Positions 1 to 13,630 of a DNA stretch of 64,000 nt are shown one piece after another. How positions within the stretch are numbered: position 1 is the stretch's first letter; the number at the start of each line of letters is the position of its first letter. Source of the DNA: Lama guanicoe (taxonomy: Eukaryota); contig MU053934.1 in NCBI GenBank assembly GCA_013239625.1, positions 2,808,399 to 2,872,398 of the forward strand, given 5' to 3'. The notes below the pieces were generated by a model. The model searched no databases. It had not been told where the DNA came from and was given only the letters and a program-made list of their open reading frames with translations. A program made the translations under genes and the position numbers.

Positions 1-2311
1 GGGACGTGAGCAATGCCAGCCTAGACTAAGTGCTCAGTAAATGCTGCTGAATGAATGAATGTATGAATGGATTGATCTTTGAGCTGGAAAATGTCCTTAG
101 ATCCTTCTAGTCCAATCCTGTCATCATATGGATGAGGACACTGAGCCCCAGGGAGAATAAAGTATTTGCTCGGGGTCACGTGGAGTGAGAGGCAGGGCTG
201 GGGCTTGGAGCAAGCCTCGCCAGGGCCTAGTGTGGTTTCTCGGGAGGTCTTTTCTGAGTATGTCCTCTGTTGCCTGGCCTGTGCTCCAAGCTTTGGGGGA
301 ACCCAAGGACACAGGGCTTGTCTCCTTCCCTCCTGGAGTGGAACAGCAGGTGACATCAGGGAAGGAGAGTGCTAACAGTGTGGAGGTTACCTGCAGGGTC
401 ACCAGAGATAGGTCAGGCTGGCCTGGGCCAAAGTGAACAGCAGGGGGCCCATGGTGGAGTCTGGGGCCAGGAGTGGAGCCGGGGGTGGAATTCCCAAAGG
501 TCAAATGGCAGAAGGAAGGCTTGTCAGTATGCATGGAGGCAGGGGCAGCAGAAACCACTATTTGGAGAGTGAATCAAGAATGGCCTTCGAAAGCCACGGA
601 GGGCGGTGCTGGGGGCTGGGGTGAGGTCGTCCCACCAGATCCCAGCCCCTCTGGTCCACAGGTTCTCATCAGAGGCTGTTCGGGCACACGAGCCCGAGCC
701 TCCGGGAGACAGCTGCTGTTTGAGGCTGGTGGCACTTCCTGTTTTCAGGGCACATGGGCCACACAGGGGATTCCCAGAGCTGGCCACCTGGACAGTGGGT
801 TCCCTCCCTCCCACTCCCCATCCCTCTTCAGCCACCCTTGCTCCTTCACAGAAGAAAGGCGCCCTGCTCCCCTCCTTCACGGGGCCAGAGAGCCAGGCCC
901 TGGGGTCCCTTGGCCTCCCTGCACCTCAGATGTCAATTTGAAGGTGGTCCCTCAATGCTTGAGGCAGAAGCGGAGGATCCGATGGAGGTTGATGGATTTC
1001 GGCAGCAGGACTTTCTAAGGCCTGAGATGTCTAAGATGGCAAGGACTGCCATGAGGATAGCGACTTTGCTTCCAACAAACATGTTTTGAGCACCTACTGT
1101 ATGCAGCAGGCACAAAACCTGAATGGGCTGTCGCCCCATGGTCTTTCCGCCCCTCGTTCAGGCTCCAAAATGGACTTCTCATGAACAACATAAGCCCATG
1201 GGCCCTGAGTCGACTTCAGCTTGGAGGGGCCCTGGCTCAGGTCTCTAGGGGAGCGGCTGGTTGATTCCAGCTGGGTTTGCGGCACCCCTGTCCTCGCCCC
1301 GCCCCAGTGCAGCAGCTTCCTGGCTCCGGGGACCCCTCCCTTCCTCCAGGCCGCCAGGCCATTCCCACAAAGCCTTCCAGCGGACTTGCTGAAACGCAGA
1401 TGCAGGGAGTGACCCTGGGTGGAGCGCCTACCAGGTAACAGTGCTGTTCTGGGCGCTGGGGATGCAGCAGTGAGCAGCGCCCCTGTTCTCATGGGGATTC
1501 TCCAGCTGTGCTTTTACAGATATGACCTCCGAACCCTCCAAGGATGTAACTACTTCTACAGTCCCCATTTTGGAGTGGGGAAGGGGCTGGAGCACAGAGA
1601 GGAGTCTTTCCAAGTCTGTTGACCTTGGCAATGGCAGAGCGGGGACCTGGGTCTTCATCTTTCACCTGTGCCCTCCTGCTCTGTGACACACAGGCCCGCT
1701 GATACCCTCCCGACATAACCCCTTCACCCCACCACCCCAGGGCGAGGCACAAGGGCCCTCTGTGAGCAGACCCTGCCTGTCTTGCTGGCTTCATCCCTCA
1801 TAACGTGCCCCCTCTTGCACGACTGGGGCCTTTGCCCTCACTCTTTCCCTTGCCTGCTGTCATCCTGGGACCAAATCTTCTTTGTTTCTTCCATTGACCT
1901 GGTGCCACTTCTTCTGGGAAGCCCTCCCTGACCACCTTCGGTCTGAGAGAGCCTTGCCTTCCTACATGCACAGCATCTTGCTTCTCTCTCTGACAAATGT
2001 CACCCCCATCTTAGAAGTGTCTGCTTGCCGTGCTCTCTTGCCCACAGCCTCACTGATCCTTTGAGCGAATATAACGGCCAGGCTTCTGTTGTAGCTACAA
2101 ACATCATGTGCTTTTCCTTCACGGCTTCTGTGACCACTGAAATTACGTAATTATTTGTTTAGTGTCCAACTCCTGCGCTCAGCCATGAGACCCAGGAAGG
2201 CAGAGGCCATGTCCTAATGTTCTTAGAACCGTGTCTGAGCTACAATCGGGGCTAACAAGGGTGTGTGATTTTATTATTTCTTCAGATGGGGAAACTGAGA
2301 GGGGCTGGGAT

Positions 2312-2560
2312 TTTTTTAATTGATTTGGTTTTTTTTTAATTCTTATTTTTTAGTTGAAGTGTAGTTGATTTAAAATGTTAGTTTCAGGTGCACAGCAAAG
2401 TGATTCAGTTATACATATATATATATATATTTATATATATTTTTTCAGATTTTTTTTTCCATTACAGCTCATTACAAGAAACTGACTATAGTTCCCTGTG
2501 CTATACAGTAGGTCCTTGTTGTTTATCTGTTTTATATGTAGCCATGTGCATCTGTTAATT
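2312..2560 (-). mobile_element. 5'-truncated L1 3' end (artiodactyl type) inserted in a MIR-like element
   Basis: T-tract, then ttgaagtgtagttgattt...gttccctgtgctatacagtaggtccttgttgtttatct; approximate TSD gaga(g)gctggga. Confidence 0.8.
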
Positions 2561-3699
2561 GAGAGGCTGGGAATTTATCTGCGTTCACACAGCAAGCTGC
2601 CAGAAGCTTCCAACCAGGGCCAGTGCAGCAGAGTCTGGGAACAAAATTCTGGAGCCATATTCTAGCTTCTTGACTTCTTCGGGCAAATTCGTTAGCCCCT
2701 CTGTGCCTCAGTTTCCCTGCCTGTAAAAAGGTGACATTGTCTAGAAGAGCACCTGGTGCTTGGTGTTCACCCAGGAAATAGTTAACTGCAGTTATTATGA
2801 CCCAACCTGCCTGATCCCCTGTGAAGGGCCATTTCTACCTCTCTGGCTCCTTCTTGCCCCACTCGCATCCGATTGCAAGTGAAATACTCATGAAATGCAC
2901 CGTCTCAGGGGAGAAAGTGGAGGGGGAAGCTTCTCCCAAGGGGGTTACCGCAAGGCCGTGGGTGGAAAGTGAGTGGGGAGGTTACCAGCGGCCAGCGCGG
3001 TGCCCTGGGAGTGCTGGGGATTTCCTCTGCCCACCTCGGCCGCCCTGACTCGCCTCCCGCAGCAGCCTGGCAAGTTCTGAGGCAGCCCACGCTCCCGAGC
3101 AGCCCTGGTCACGTAGGGACCAGCAGGGGCTGGGACTGGGTGTGGAGACTTCAAACCTGATGTCTCCTGAGGGCCCCGCCAGCTCTGAGGCCTGGGTGTG
3201 GCAGCCCCTGCCCCCAGCTTCCACCCTGTTTCCCAACTGCTGCAGCAATGCAGTCACCATTGCTTCTTATTTCCTCTGTCCACAAGCAGCTGCACTCCTC
3301 GCTGCTCCTTCTCCATCTCCTTGGCTGTTTTCTCTCCCACCATCTGTCCCTCTCAGTTTCCCTCTCTGCTCACTGATTGCTCTTCTCTGGGGGTCTTACC
3401 CACCAGTCACTAGGCACATGGTTCTTATCTATCCTGCTCCAGCCAAGACCCCCTCCTCCCAACCCCACCCCTGTGGAACTCCAGAGCCACACACCAGCTT
3501 TTGCTGGATCTCGAACTGGGTGCCCAAGAGACCTCTCAGGTTAGCATGCCCCAAACTGAGTCCATCAACCCGGCTCCCCTCCCACCCATCCTGATTGGAA
3601 TATGGGTGTCACTCTTGACACTGCCCTTTCTTTCACCTCTGCATCCAAACAGTCCCCAAACCCTGCTGGTCACAACTCAAGAATAACTCATAAATTAGT

Positions 3700-4230
3700 A
3701 GTGTGTCTGTCGGCAATGCATAAGGCTGCAGGGAACAGAGGAACTGACAGTGACTGAAACAAACAAGGGCTTATGCTTTCACATAACAAGAAGTCTAGCA
3801 GTTGGCCTCATCTGGTTCTGCAGCTCAGTGACTTCAAGACCAGCATCCCAGAGACTCCTGTGATCATGCTCATGTTTTTGCCTCATGGATGCAATATGGC
3901 TGCTGCAGGTCCAGATGTCACACCTGCTTTCCAGGCAGACAGAATGGGGAAGGGGAGGAGACCATGCTGGCCTTTTCCATCCTTCTGGATCAAGAAAGCA
4001 AACGCTCTCCCAGCGGCCCCTGCAGCAGATTTCCTCTGAGGTCTCATTGGCCAAAACTGGTCACATGGTTCTCCTAGCTACAAGGGAGGCTGGGAAACAA
4101 GAATGGGATTATTATGTTTGGCTCAGACCCATCCTGATCTATCAACTTGGGGCTAGGCATTGAATAGAATTGAGCTTAATTAGCAGGAGGAAACAAGGGA
4201 CACAAAGATGGAACAGTGTCTGCCAAGGGT
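3700..4230 (-). mobile_element. Old MaLR (MLT1-type) LTR
   Basis: cacataacaagaagtct...aatatggctgctgcag.tccagat.tcaca...tggtcacatgg...tagctacaagggaggctgggaaa motifs. Confidence 0.6.
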
Positions 4231-4850
4231 GGTGTCCCTCATATTTGTCCTCTCCTCCTGTCCCCACTGTCGGGCGCAGGCCCACATCCTCTCTCAGCTG
4301 GACCACTTCAGGGCTTCCCAATGGTGCTCTGTCCCTTTAGTCTCTGTCCTCCTTTCCTCTCCATCGGCTGCCTGAGTTGACCTCCTAAAGCCAGGATCCT
4401 ATTGTGTTTCCACTCTCTTCTGAAGTCTTATGTGGCTCCCAGTTGCGTATAAAAATCCTTAGCTCAGTGCTGGAAACCCTCTTCAGCCTGGCCTCATCCT
4501 CCTGTTCAGTCTCTGATCACATGAGACTGCAGCCACCCTAGACCTGGGCCCACTGCTCGGACCTCGTAACCAAAGAGCATGCTGTTCCCTCTGCCCAGGA
4601 GGCCCTCCCCCCCAGAAGGCCCTCCCCCTTCTCCTGTCTGACCTGGTAGACTCCTATTCAGCCTTCTAGACCAGACCTGGATCGAATGTCACCTCCTGTG
4701 TGAGGATTTCCCCAATCTGGACATAATGAGCCATTCTGTCTGCAAGACGTGTGTCAACAACTTTGTTTATCCCTGTGACCCAGGGCCTGGAACAGGGTCT
4801 GATATAGAGGGGGGGATGCTTGACACACTGTTCCCGGATGAATAACCCAG
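4230..4850 (+). mobile_element. L2 LINE 3' fragment
   Basis: catgctgttccctctgcc, actcctattcagccttc, aatgtcacctcctgtgtgagg motifs typical of L2. Confidence 0.55.
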
Positions 4851-4963
4851 TCGCAAAGCGATTTGCTAGACTCTAACGTGGCTGTTGACGTATGGACCCG
4901 ACTCCAAGTGCCTTCACTGTCTAGGTCGTCTGGTCTGTGTCGTGGTGCGAGAGGGGTGTCTGA

Positions 4964-5194
<231 letters not shown>

Positions 5195-5245
5195 TGACCC
5201 TCTGACCTCTGAACCCCCAACTCTCTCATTGCTTCACTTCTATCC

Positions 5246-5428
5246 CAGTGGTTCTCAACAGGGTGATTCTGCCCGCCAGGGGATGCTCAGCAATAAATAT
5301 CCTGAGACAGTTTTGTTTATTACAACTTGGGGTGGGGCGTCTATAGTGTGGAGTCCAGGGATGGGGCTTCCCGCCCTGCGGTGCACAGGACAGACCCCAC
5401 ATGTAATTCCAAGGTCGGGAAGCCCTGC
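5246..5428. mobile_element. MER20-like hAT MITE in NCF4 intron 2
   Basis: cagtggttctcaac...tgcacaggacagacccc...gaagccctg termini. Confidence 0.65.
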
Positions 5429-5505
5429 TCTGACCCTAGACCTCTGGACCACCACCCTTCTGGGCCCCTGGCCTGCGAGGCCCCACCCACACCCTCTGTC
5501 CTTAG

Positions 5506-5659
5506 GTTTTTGTCATCGAGGTGAAGACGAAAGGGGGAGCCAAGTACCTCATCTACCGCCGCTACCGCCAGTTCTACGCCTTGCAGAGCAAGCTGGAGGA
5601 GCGCTTCGGGCCAGAGAACAAGACCAGCCCCTTCACCTGCGTCTTGCCCACGCTCCCAG
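5506..5659 (+). CDS. NCF4: NCF4 exon 3 ([51 protein letters not shown]), PX domain
   Basis: cttag acceptor, CCAG|gtaggc donor; PX RRYxxF motif. Confidence 0.97.
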
Positions 5660-7408
5660 GTAGGCCGGCCGGCCGGCTGCCCCAGGACAGAGCTGCATCC
5701 ACCTGCCTCTCCTCCCAGCTCTGCTGATGCCCTTCGTGCTTCTATTTTAGTGCATGTGAAAACCGTTCATTTAGTCCGTGGCCCCCCTCCTGCCAGTCAG
5801 CGCTCGCTGCCACCTCTAGCTCTCTGGCCTCAGAGTCCTTGACCCCCTGTGCTCCGATGACCTTTACGGCCGCCCTGCTTCAGCCGTCCACCACCGAGGC
5901 CAGGTTTGGAGCGCATCGGCCCCCACCCATTCCCATGTCTCCCTCATTAAACACACAGACTCATCCAGCCTCCCTCCGGCCCCTCCGTGAGCACTGCCCT
6001 CTGACTCACCAGCTCCCCGGGGCTCCCCCTCCTTCCTGCTCTGCTGGGATGCTGTGGGTGACACACTCTGCTTTTGGACAGTCCCCTCACCCTCTGCCTC
6101 CTGGCCTTGCTTCCCAGCTAACACGCACCTTGGCCAGGCCCAAATCCCTGGCTCCTCAAGGCCAGCTCTCGTGAGCTCAGCAGAAGGAAGTCCCCCTGGA
6201 GTGGGGTGTAGGGTGGTCTGGCTGTGCTCGCCACACTCCGCAGGCTGCACACAAAGGGCAGACACTTCCTTTTTTCCAGGCTCTAAACCCCACCTCCAGC
6301 TTGCTCTCTGCCTTAGCAAATGCCTGAGGTTCCCCACATCCAGCCCCGGGGAGGAAGCTGTCTCCAGGGGCCTCACTGGTCCCTTCACTCCGCCCCTCCC
6401 TCGTCCCTGGTGCCAGGGAGAAGGGTCTTTCCTGCCCTTAGATGAACCTCTCCTCCAGGCTCCGCACTTTCCCCTGGCATCTTGTTCCGCATTTGCCCTG
6501 TAGACTCACCTTTGTCTACTGACTCTGCCAAGCTTCTACAGGGGCAGCTGGGTTCTCTTCCATTTTCAAACAAGCACATGCCAGAAGTGAGCATTCTGGG
6601 CCACAAGCTTCCTTGAGCCCCTAGGGCCCTCAAAGATCTCTCCTTCTTTGATGATAAATCTTCACTTGCTCAACCTCTGCTCAACCCCCCAGCTTAGTTT
6701 TAGCTCTTCTTCCTCCGTTGAAGTTCCCTCTGGATGGTGACCTGTTCACTGATCCATGGCCACATCCCAGACCTCATCTTCGACGTCTTCCTTCTCCCTC
6801 CAGGAAGCTGTCTCCAAACTTCTATGGCACCAGCGTGTCCCAATTCCCTTCTGACCTCACTGCTGCTCCTTCAGCTTCTTACAGAATCTGTCTCCTCTGC
6901 TGCTCCTTGGAAAGTGGGCGTCCTCTGCACCATCGTCTTCCATCTGTCTTCTCACTCCCCCTCTCCCAGACAGTCTGACCTGTGCCAGTGACTCTAACTG
7001 CCCCTTTCTTGCCACTAACCCCTCAATGTCTAACCCAGATCTCTGATGCCACTCCCCTGCCACCGCCAGACACCAGCCCAGTGTGTCTCATGGGCAGTGG
7101 GCAGCGGGAGCCAGACCCATTTCAGCTTGGCCCTCCTGGGGGCTCTCTGGGGTGGTTCCCCCAGGGCCTGTGCCTGAGGGTCCTGGAGAGCACATCTGTC
7201 TTTGATCAGCCGCCACCTGTCTTCCTTTCCCCACAAACACTCTACCTTCTCTACCTTGCTTTATTTATTTTTAATAGTAGTGTATATCTGTTAATCCCAA
7301 ACTCCTAATTTATCCCTCCACACCACTTTCCCCTTTGTGCCTTGCTTCTGAGGAATGATCCAACCATCCACTCCACAAATATTTATTGATTTGGGCATTA
7401 TCCTACGC

Positions 7409-7582
7409 CGTGGTTCTTAACCTTGGCAGCATATTGAAAGTATCCTGAGACTTAAAGAATCCTGATGCCCGAGTCCCACCTCCAGAGATTCTGACTGAAT
7501 TGTTCTGGGATGAGTCCTACATAGTGAGATTTTAAACGCTCCTCAGGTGACATAAATGTGCAGCCAAGGGTGAGGACCAGTG
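7409..7582. mobile_element. MER5A-like hAT MITE
   Basis: gtggttcttaacctt...ccagagattctga...caggtga.a.taatgtgcagccaaggg.tgag.accagtg. Confidence 0.7.
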
Positions 7583-7887
7583 TCCTAGGTGATGAGGATA
7601 CAGCTGTGAGCCACGCTGTTCTCTTGGAGCGAAGAATTGTGTGTGTGTGTGTGTATGTGTGTGTAGGAACAGGTGGTAAATAAACAATTAAAATAGGAAA
7701 AATACCAGCTGGCGTTAGTACCACTCAGAGAATGCAGGTTGGATGGTGGCCACTTCAGTGCTGTGGAAAGATGTGGGGGGAAAGTGCTGAGCCAATGGGG
7801 AGGGTTCCTGGCCTGGGTGGGCAGCTCTGAGCCCAGAGACCTCACTCTTGGGCCAGATTCTCAGGACAGCTCTTTGCATCTCCTCAG

Positions 7888-7958
7888 CCAAAGTCTACGT
7901 GGGTGTGAAACAGGAGATCGCTGAGACGCGGATACCTGCCCTCAACGCCTACATGAAG
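7888..7958 (+). CDS. NCF4: NCF4 exon 4 (AKVYVGVKQEIAETRIPALNAYMK)
   Basis: tcctcag acceptor, AAG|gtaaca donor; retains the PI3P-contact Lys and Arg of the PX domain. Confidence 0.96.
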
Positions 7959-10447
7959 GTAACAGTGGGGTCAGACCACGTGGCAGTTAGGAGGGCATGG
8001 GATGCTACAGACACGGAGGGCCCAGGTACCATCCCTGGGCCATGGATGGATGCCCTTGTTTATTCCCCAACCTGTAAATTGTTGGCGTCCTTAGGAGACA
8101 GGAGCACAAAGGAAGGAGCATCATAAGGGCAAAACCCAGGCTGGTCAGGAAAGGCCTTTCACCAATTAGAGCTGTGCAAGAAAGGGATAATGTGCCTCAT
8201 GAGATAGTGAGCACCCCGTCACTAGAGGCATACAAGCCGTGATTGATGGCAACTTCAGGAAACTGGGGAGGGAAGCTTTCTTCATAGCCCAGAGTCATCC
8301 TCGCAGACTCCTCTCCCTCCTCTTCTACTCTTATGGAAAAAGAGCACCGTGCTAGGAGTCTCTTTAGTCTTTGCTCTGACACTGACTGGGTGACTTAGGG
8401 CTAATTGCTTATTCTGTCTAGGCTTTGGTTTTCTCACCTGTGAAACAGGGCAGTGCCCCCAGCTCTCTGGTCTCACAGGAGGGGAGTAATGTTGGGATCT
8501 ATTAAGAAAAGGACAGGAAAGTGCTTTGTAAACTGTGAACCTGCTTTCAGAATGTGAGAGATTGTGACTCCGAGTGGAGTGAGGGAGCAGGAGGAGAGCA
8601 GAAGAGGTGGGCAGAGGGAGGAGGTGGCTGCAGGAGTCCTGGGCTCTGGGCTGAGAAGAGGTAGGATGCAAAGGCTTGTGGGCTCCAGCATTGGCAGCAT
8701 CTCCCCTCCAGGGGGCGCTGTGACAGTGGCTCCTGCAGGGTGGCTGGAGGCTCCACTCTCCTCCAGCGGGTCTGGAGAGGGAAGTGGGTGCTGGTGGGAG
8801 GGAGGAGGGGCTGTGGAGCTGGAGCTTTTTATTCCACACCTGGTCTTAGCAACCAGCAGCCTGGCGGATCCCGTCTCTTCCTGTCTGTGTATGGGTGGGC
8901 TTCTCGAAGCCCAGAGGTCAATCAGTGCAGGAATCTGCTATGGTAACCCCACCCTGGGCTTGAAACATTCAGAGACGGGGAGCTCACCCCTGACCCAGGC
9001 CACTTGTCCATTGTTCGACAGCTATTAGGAAAGCCTGACTCCCTGTAATTTCTACCCACTGGTCTCACCTCTGTCCTCAAGAAGAATATGGCTCCTGTGG
9101 TAATGACAATTGCTGGAACTATGGGGAGTGCTCTGACAAGCAACCAGAAGGTTCTTGATACGCATTTGTTGGATAAATGGATAGGCTTACTTAATTCCCT
9201 CAGTAGCTTGTGAGTTCAATACTCTGATCCCTATTTTAAAATGAGCGAATGGAGGCACCGAGAGGGAGACTCACTCACTCAGTGTCACAGAGCAGTTAGG
9301 ATGGGATTTGAACCCACATCTCTGGGACTCCAAGATTGTGCTCTTAGCCACTGTTCTGGGTTACAATAAAAGTGACAGCAGCAATGATAATATCCAGCCT
9401 GGATGGGGCCCTTGCTGGGTGCCAGACGCTGTGCTAAGTGCTGTGCACATATTTAATTTAATCCTTACACAATCCCACGAAGGAGATACTATCATCCCCA
9501 TTTTATTTTATTAACGAGCATACAGAGGCACATTTGCCCAGGGTCTCCCAGCAGGTGAGCGGCAGAGCTGGGATTCTATGCCGGGCGCAGCCTGGCTCTG
9601 TCTGTGCCTTTAAATCCACCTTTGGGCTGCACCGCCCCTCCTCCTCTGCCCATAGGACAGACTCCTTTCTTCCAGGCTCTGCATTTCCAGTTCCTCTGGG
9701 ATGGAGTTCCCAGCCCCTCCCCATCCTGCTGCCCCTGTGGGATTCTCTGAGGGGATCCGAGTGCCTCTGGAGCTGTAGCCCCCAAAGCCAACCACGGTGC
9801 TCCTGGGGACCTGTGTAGTGGGCAGCCTCGGGGGACTGACCTTGCCAGGTTCTGGGTATCTTTGTCCTCACAGCCTGAGGATTTTGCATCATGGTAGATG
9901 TAACCAGCATCACATCAAGAGTCCTGACCCCACTGCCTCCTAGCTCTGCCAAGCAGCCCAGGCACCTTCTCACTCTGAGCCTCAGTTTCCCCAAGTGTGA
10001 CATGAGATAAAGTATCAGGAAGTGGCTTTAGGCTATAATACCACCAATTATTGTTAATTTGATTTATTTAGGGGAGCCTTCCTTCACTATTGTCTCCTTT
10101 TGACCTCAGGGGTGGGCCTTGGTGGCAGATGGCTCAGGATGGCCAACTTTGTTGCTTGCTAAGCTGTGTGGCCCTGGGCAGGTCCCCTCACCTCTCTGGC
10201 CCTCACTCCTAGGTTATTGTCAGATGGAGCGAGGTCACACAGTGACGCTCAGTGCAGGGCGTGGACAGTCACCACCACATCACGTTACCCGTCATCACCT
10301 TACTGTCATGTCTGGAGGCCTTTGGGTCTTTTTCTAAATGAACTTCTTAAGCAAGTTGGGTCCCTCCTGACCTTGAACCCAGGGGCAAGTCTTGTGAAAT
10401 GTTACCATCATTTCATTGAGGGTTAAAAATATGTCTAGTTTCTGTGA

Positions 10448-10702
<255 letters not shown>

Positions 10703-11702
10703 TAAGTGACCAGTCCCTGTGTTCCTGCCGGCCAGAGCCCTGGACCACTTGCTCCTAACCAGTGCTCTGTCCCAGAGGTCCTTGCTGCTAAGGCACTTCT
10801 TTTCCCTGGAAGAAGAGAAGGAACAGAGACCAGGCCCATCCCTGAGCACTACAGGGTTGTTTGGCTTGTTAGGTGAGCTTGAACAAGCGTTGGTCCTACA
10901 GGGACAGAGAGTGCGTGTGGTTCGACGTGTGACAGTGAGAACTGGAGGACAGGCCTGGACCAGTGATGGGGAGAGTTTGGTGCCACAGCAACCACTGGGG
11001 ATGGCCTAAGGACTCGGTGCCTGGAGAGAGTAGGGAGTGGGGAAGGGGTTGGGAGCCACTTTGTCTGCAAACAGTCCTCCCAGCATCTCCGGGAATGCTT
11101 CATCCCTGGTGAGTTTTAGTTCCGTGGGGCTGCTGTGGCTCCTAGTGTATCATGCTGTCCCCCAGGGGATGCTGCTGCTCACTCCCTTATTCCAAAGAGC
11201 CCGCCACTCCTTCCAGCTCCCTCTTAAACAGGGGAAAAAATCATCGAAAATCCAAGCCACTGAAATAGAGCTGAGCTTCCAAATGTGAGGCTGCTCAGAA
11301 TTCCAGGTACAGCGCTCCCGAGCCCCGCCCTCCAGCCAAGCCCCTCCCTCCTTCCTCCTGCCAGTATCTCTGAGTGTCCTTGCCCTTGTGCTGCCTGGCC
11401 ATTTCCCCTCTGCACCTAGGCAGGTGTGGCCTGAATTCCAGCTGTGCCTCACAGCAGGACTGGGTCCTGGAGCAGAGCAGGGCACTTCTTGAAGCCCATT
11501 TCCTCAGCTGAAAAATTAGAGGTCTGATGTGGGGAGTAATACGAAAGAGTCAGCAAGCTACAGAACTAAACAAGTGTGTCTCCCCATCCCCGCCTCCTTC
11601 CTGAGCCTCTGCTTCTTGGTCCACAAAGCAGGGATACAATCCCTCGTCCACGGCCGTGAGAACGAGGGGAAGTGTGCTGGCCAGAGAAGTAAGTGTAGCT
11701 GC

Positions 11703-11917
11703 ATTTTTTCCTTTTTTTTTTGAGTATAGTTGATTTGCAGTATTGTGTTAGTTTCAAGTGTACAGTAAGGTGATTCAGTTATACATGTATATACTTTTTT
11801 TCCAGATTCTTTTCCGTTATAGGTTATTACAAGATAGTGAATCTAGTTCCCTGTGCTGTAGAGTAAACCCTTGCTTGTCTATTTTACACATAGCAGTGTG
11901 TATCTGTTAATCCCACA
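11703..11917 (-). mobile_element. 5'-truncated L1 3' end in NCF4 intron 5
   Basis: Poly-T, then gagtatagttgatttgcagtattgtgttagtttc...; short TSD tagctgc. Confidence 0.8.
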
Positions 11918-12051
11918 TAGCTGCCTCTTTAATACCTTCTCCTTTCCTCACCTTTCCTGCTGCTGCTGAGGGCCTCCTCTGGGCACAAAAGCAGGGAGTG
12001 GACCCTGGGGGGCACCAGGAGGGATGACAAGCCTCTCTTCTCTCTCCACAG

Positions 12052-12109
12052 AAAGACCAAGTCCCCACAAGGTGCCGGCTTTGACCGCATGGCAGCTCCA
12101 CGAGCGGAG
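12052..12109 (+). CDS. NCF4: NCF4 exon 6 (KTKSPQGAGFDRMAAPRAE)
   Basis: ctccacag acceptor, GAG|gtaccc donor; phases match the flanking exons. Confidence 0.93.
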
Positions 12110-12754
12110 GTACCCCCGCTGGGCCAGGCCCTCCCACGGCACCCCTGGCCTGCAGCCTGGCTCCACCTTTCAGCCACTGAACCCTTCCTGCTGGCGCCTG
12201 CCATGTGCCTAGGATGGGGCTGGGTACCGGAGGGAGGAATGACCCACAGCCTCAGCCTTGGACACCTGAGGCCCCCAGCCACCTGAGCGGAGGGGATGTG
12301 ACGGGCACAAGACTAGAGCAGAGGGGAATACATCCATCAGTTATTCATTCCATAAGTTCTGCTGGGTTAGCCCCGCGTTGGGGACTGAAGCCTCAGAGGT
12401 GACTCAGACAAGGTCTTGTCCTCAAGGGGCTCACAGCTCCCCAGGGATGCAGACTTAGAAATGGATTTTTAAAAGTAGTGTGATCAGTGCCCTGGGAGTT
12501 ATGGGGGCACTGGAGTCCCCAGTGAGGCCTGGGGCCCAGGGAAGTTGGCTGATCCAGAGAGTTTAGATCCTTGTCTCTCATGCTCATCCCAACAGGAAGA
12601 AGCACCCATTCTAGAGTCAGGGAGAACTGGGTTCTACATGCAGCTCCTCCACTAACAAATAGAGTGGCCTCAGACAAGTCACTCATCCTCCCTGAGCCTC
12701 AGTTTCTTCACCTGTTAAATGGGACACTGAAGTATGTAAAAAAAACTTCTTTAG

Positions 12755-13174
<420 letters not shown>

Positions 13175-13423
13175 TGAGGTCGCTTTGAGTCTGGTGGGGA
13201 ATCAGAGAATGAGGAGGGATCTGAGAAGGTCCCAGGGAAGAGATGTTATTCAAAGACAGCCCTGGAGATCTGGGCAGGTGGATGGGGGAAGCCTGAGGAA
13301 ATACAGTTGTGTGTGGCTGGTGCAGAAGATTCTGGAGCCTTTGGTGCTGACCCCAACAAACGGTTGCCTTGGGCAAGCCAGTTATCCTTACGAGTTTAAT
13401 TTCTTGGTCTTAATCTCCTGTGA

Positions 13424-13630
13424 CAGGGTATCTCAGCCTGTTCACTACTGGCATGTGGGGCCAGGCGGTTCTCTGCTGCGGGGCTGCCCTGTGTGTCCCA
13501 GGATGTTTAGCGGCATCCTTGGCCTCCATCCACTAGATGCCAGTAGCACCCTTCCAGCTGCACCAGTCAAACGTGTCCCCAGGCATTTGGCCCTGAGAGG
13601 CAAAATCACGCCCAGCTGAGAAACGCCATC
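13424..13630. mobile_element. MER20 hAT MITE in NCF4 intron 7
   Basis: cagggtatctcagcct...ggatgtttagcggcatccttggcctc.a.ccactagatgccagtagcacc...ggcaaaatcac...gagaa. Confidence 0.8.
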
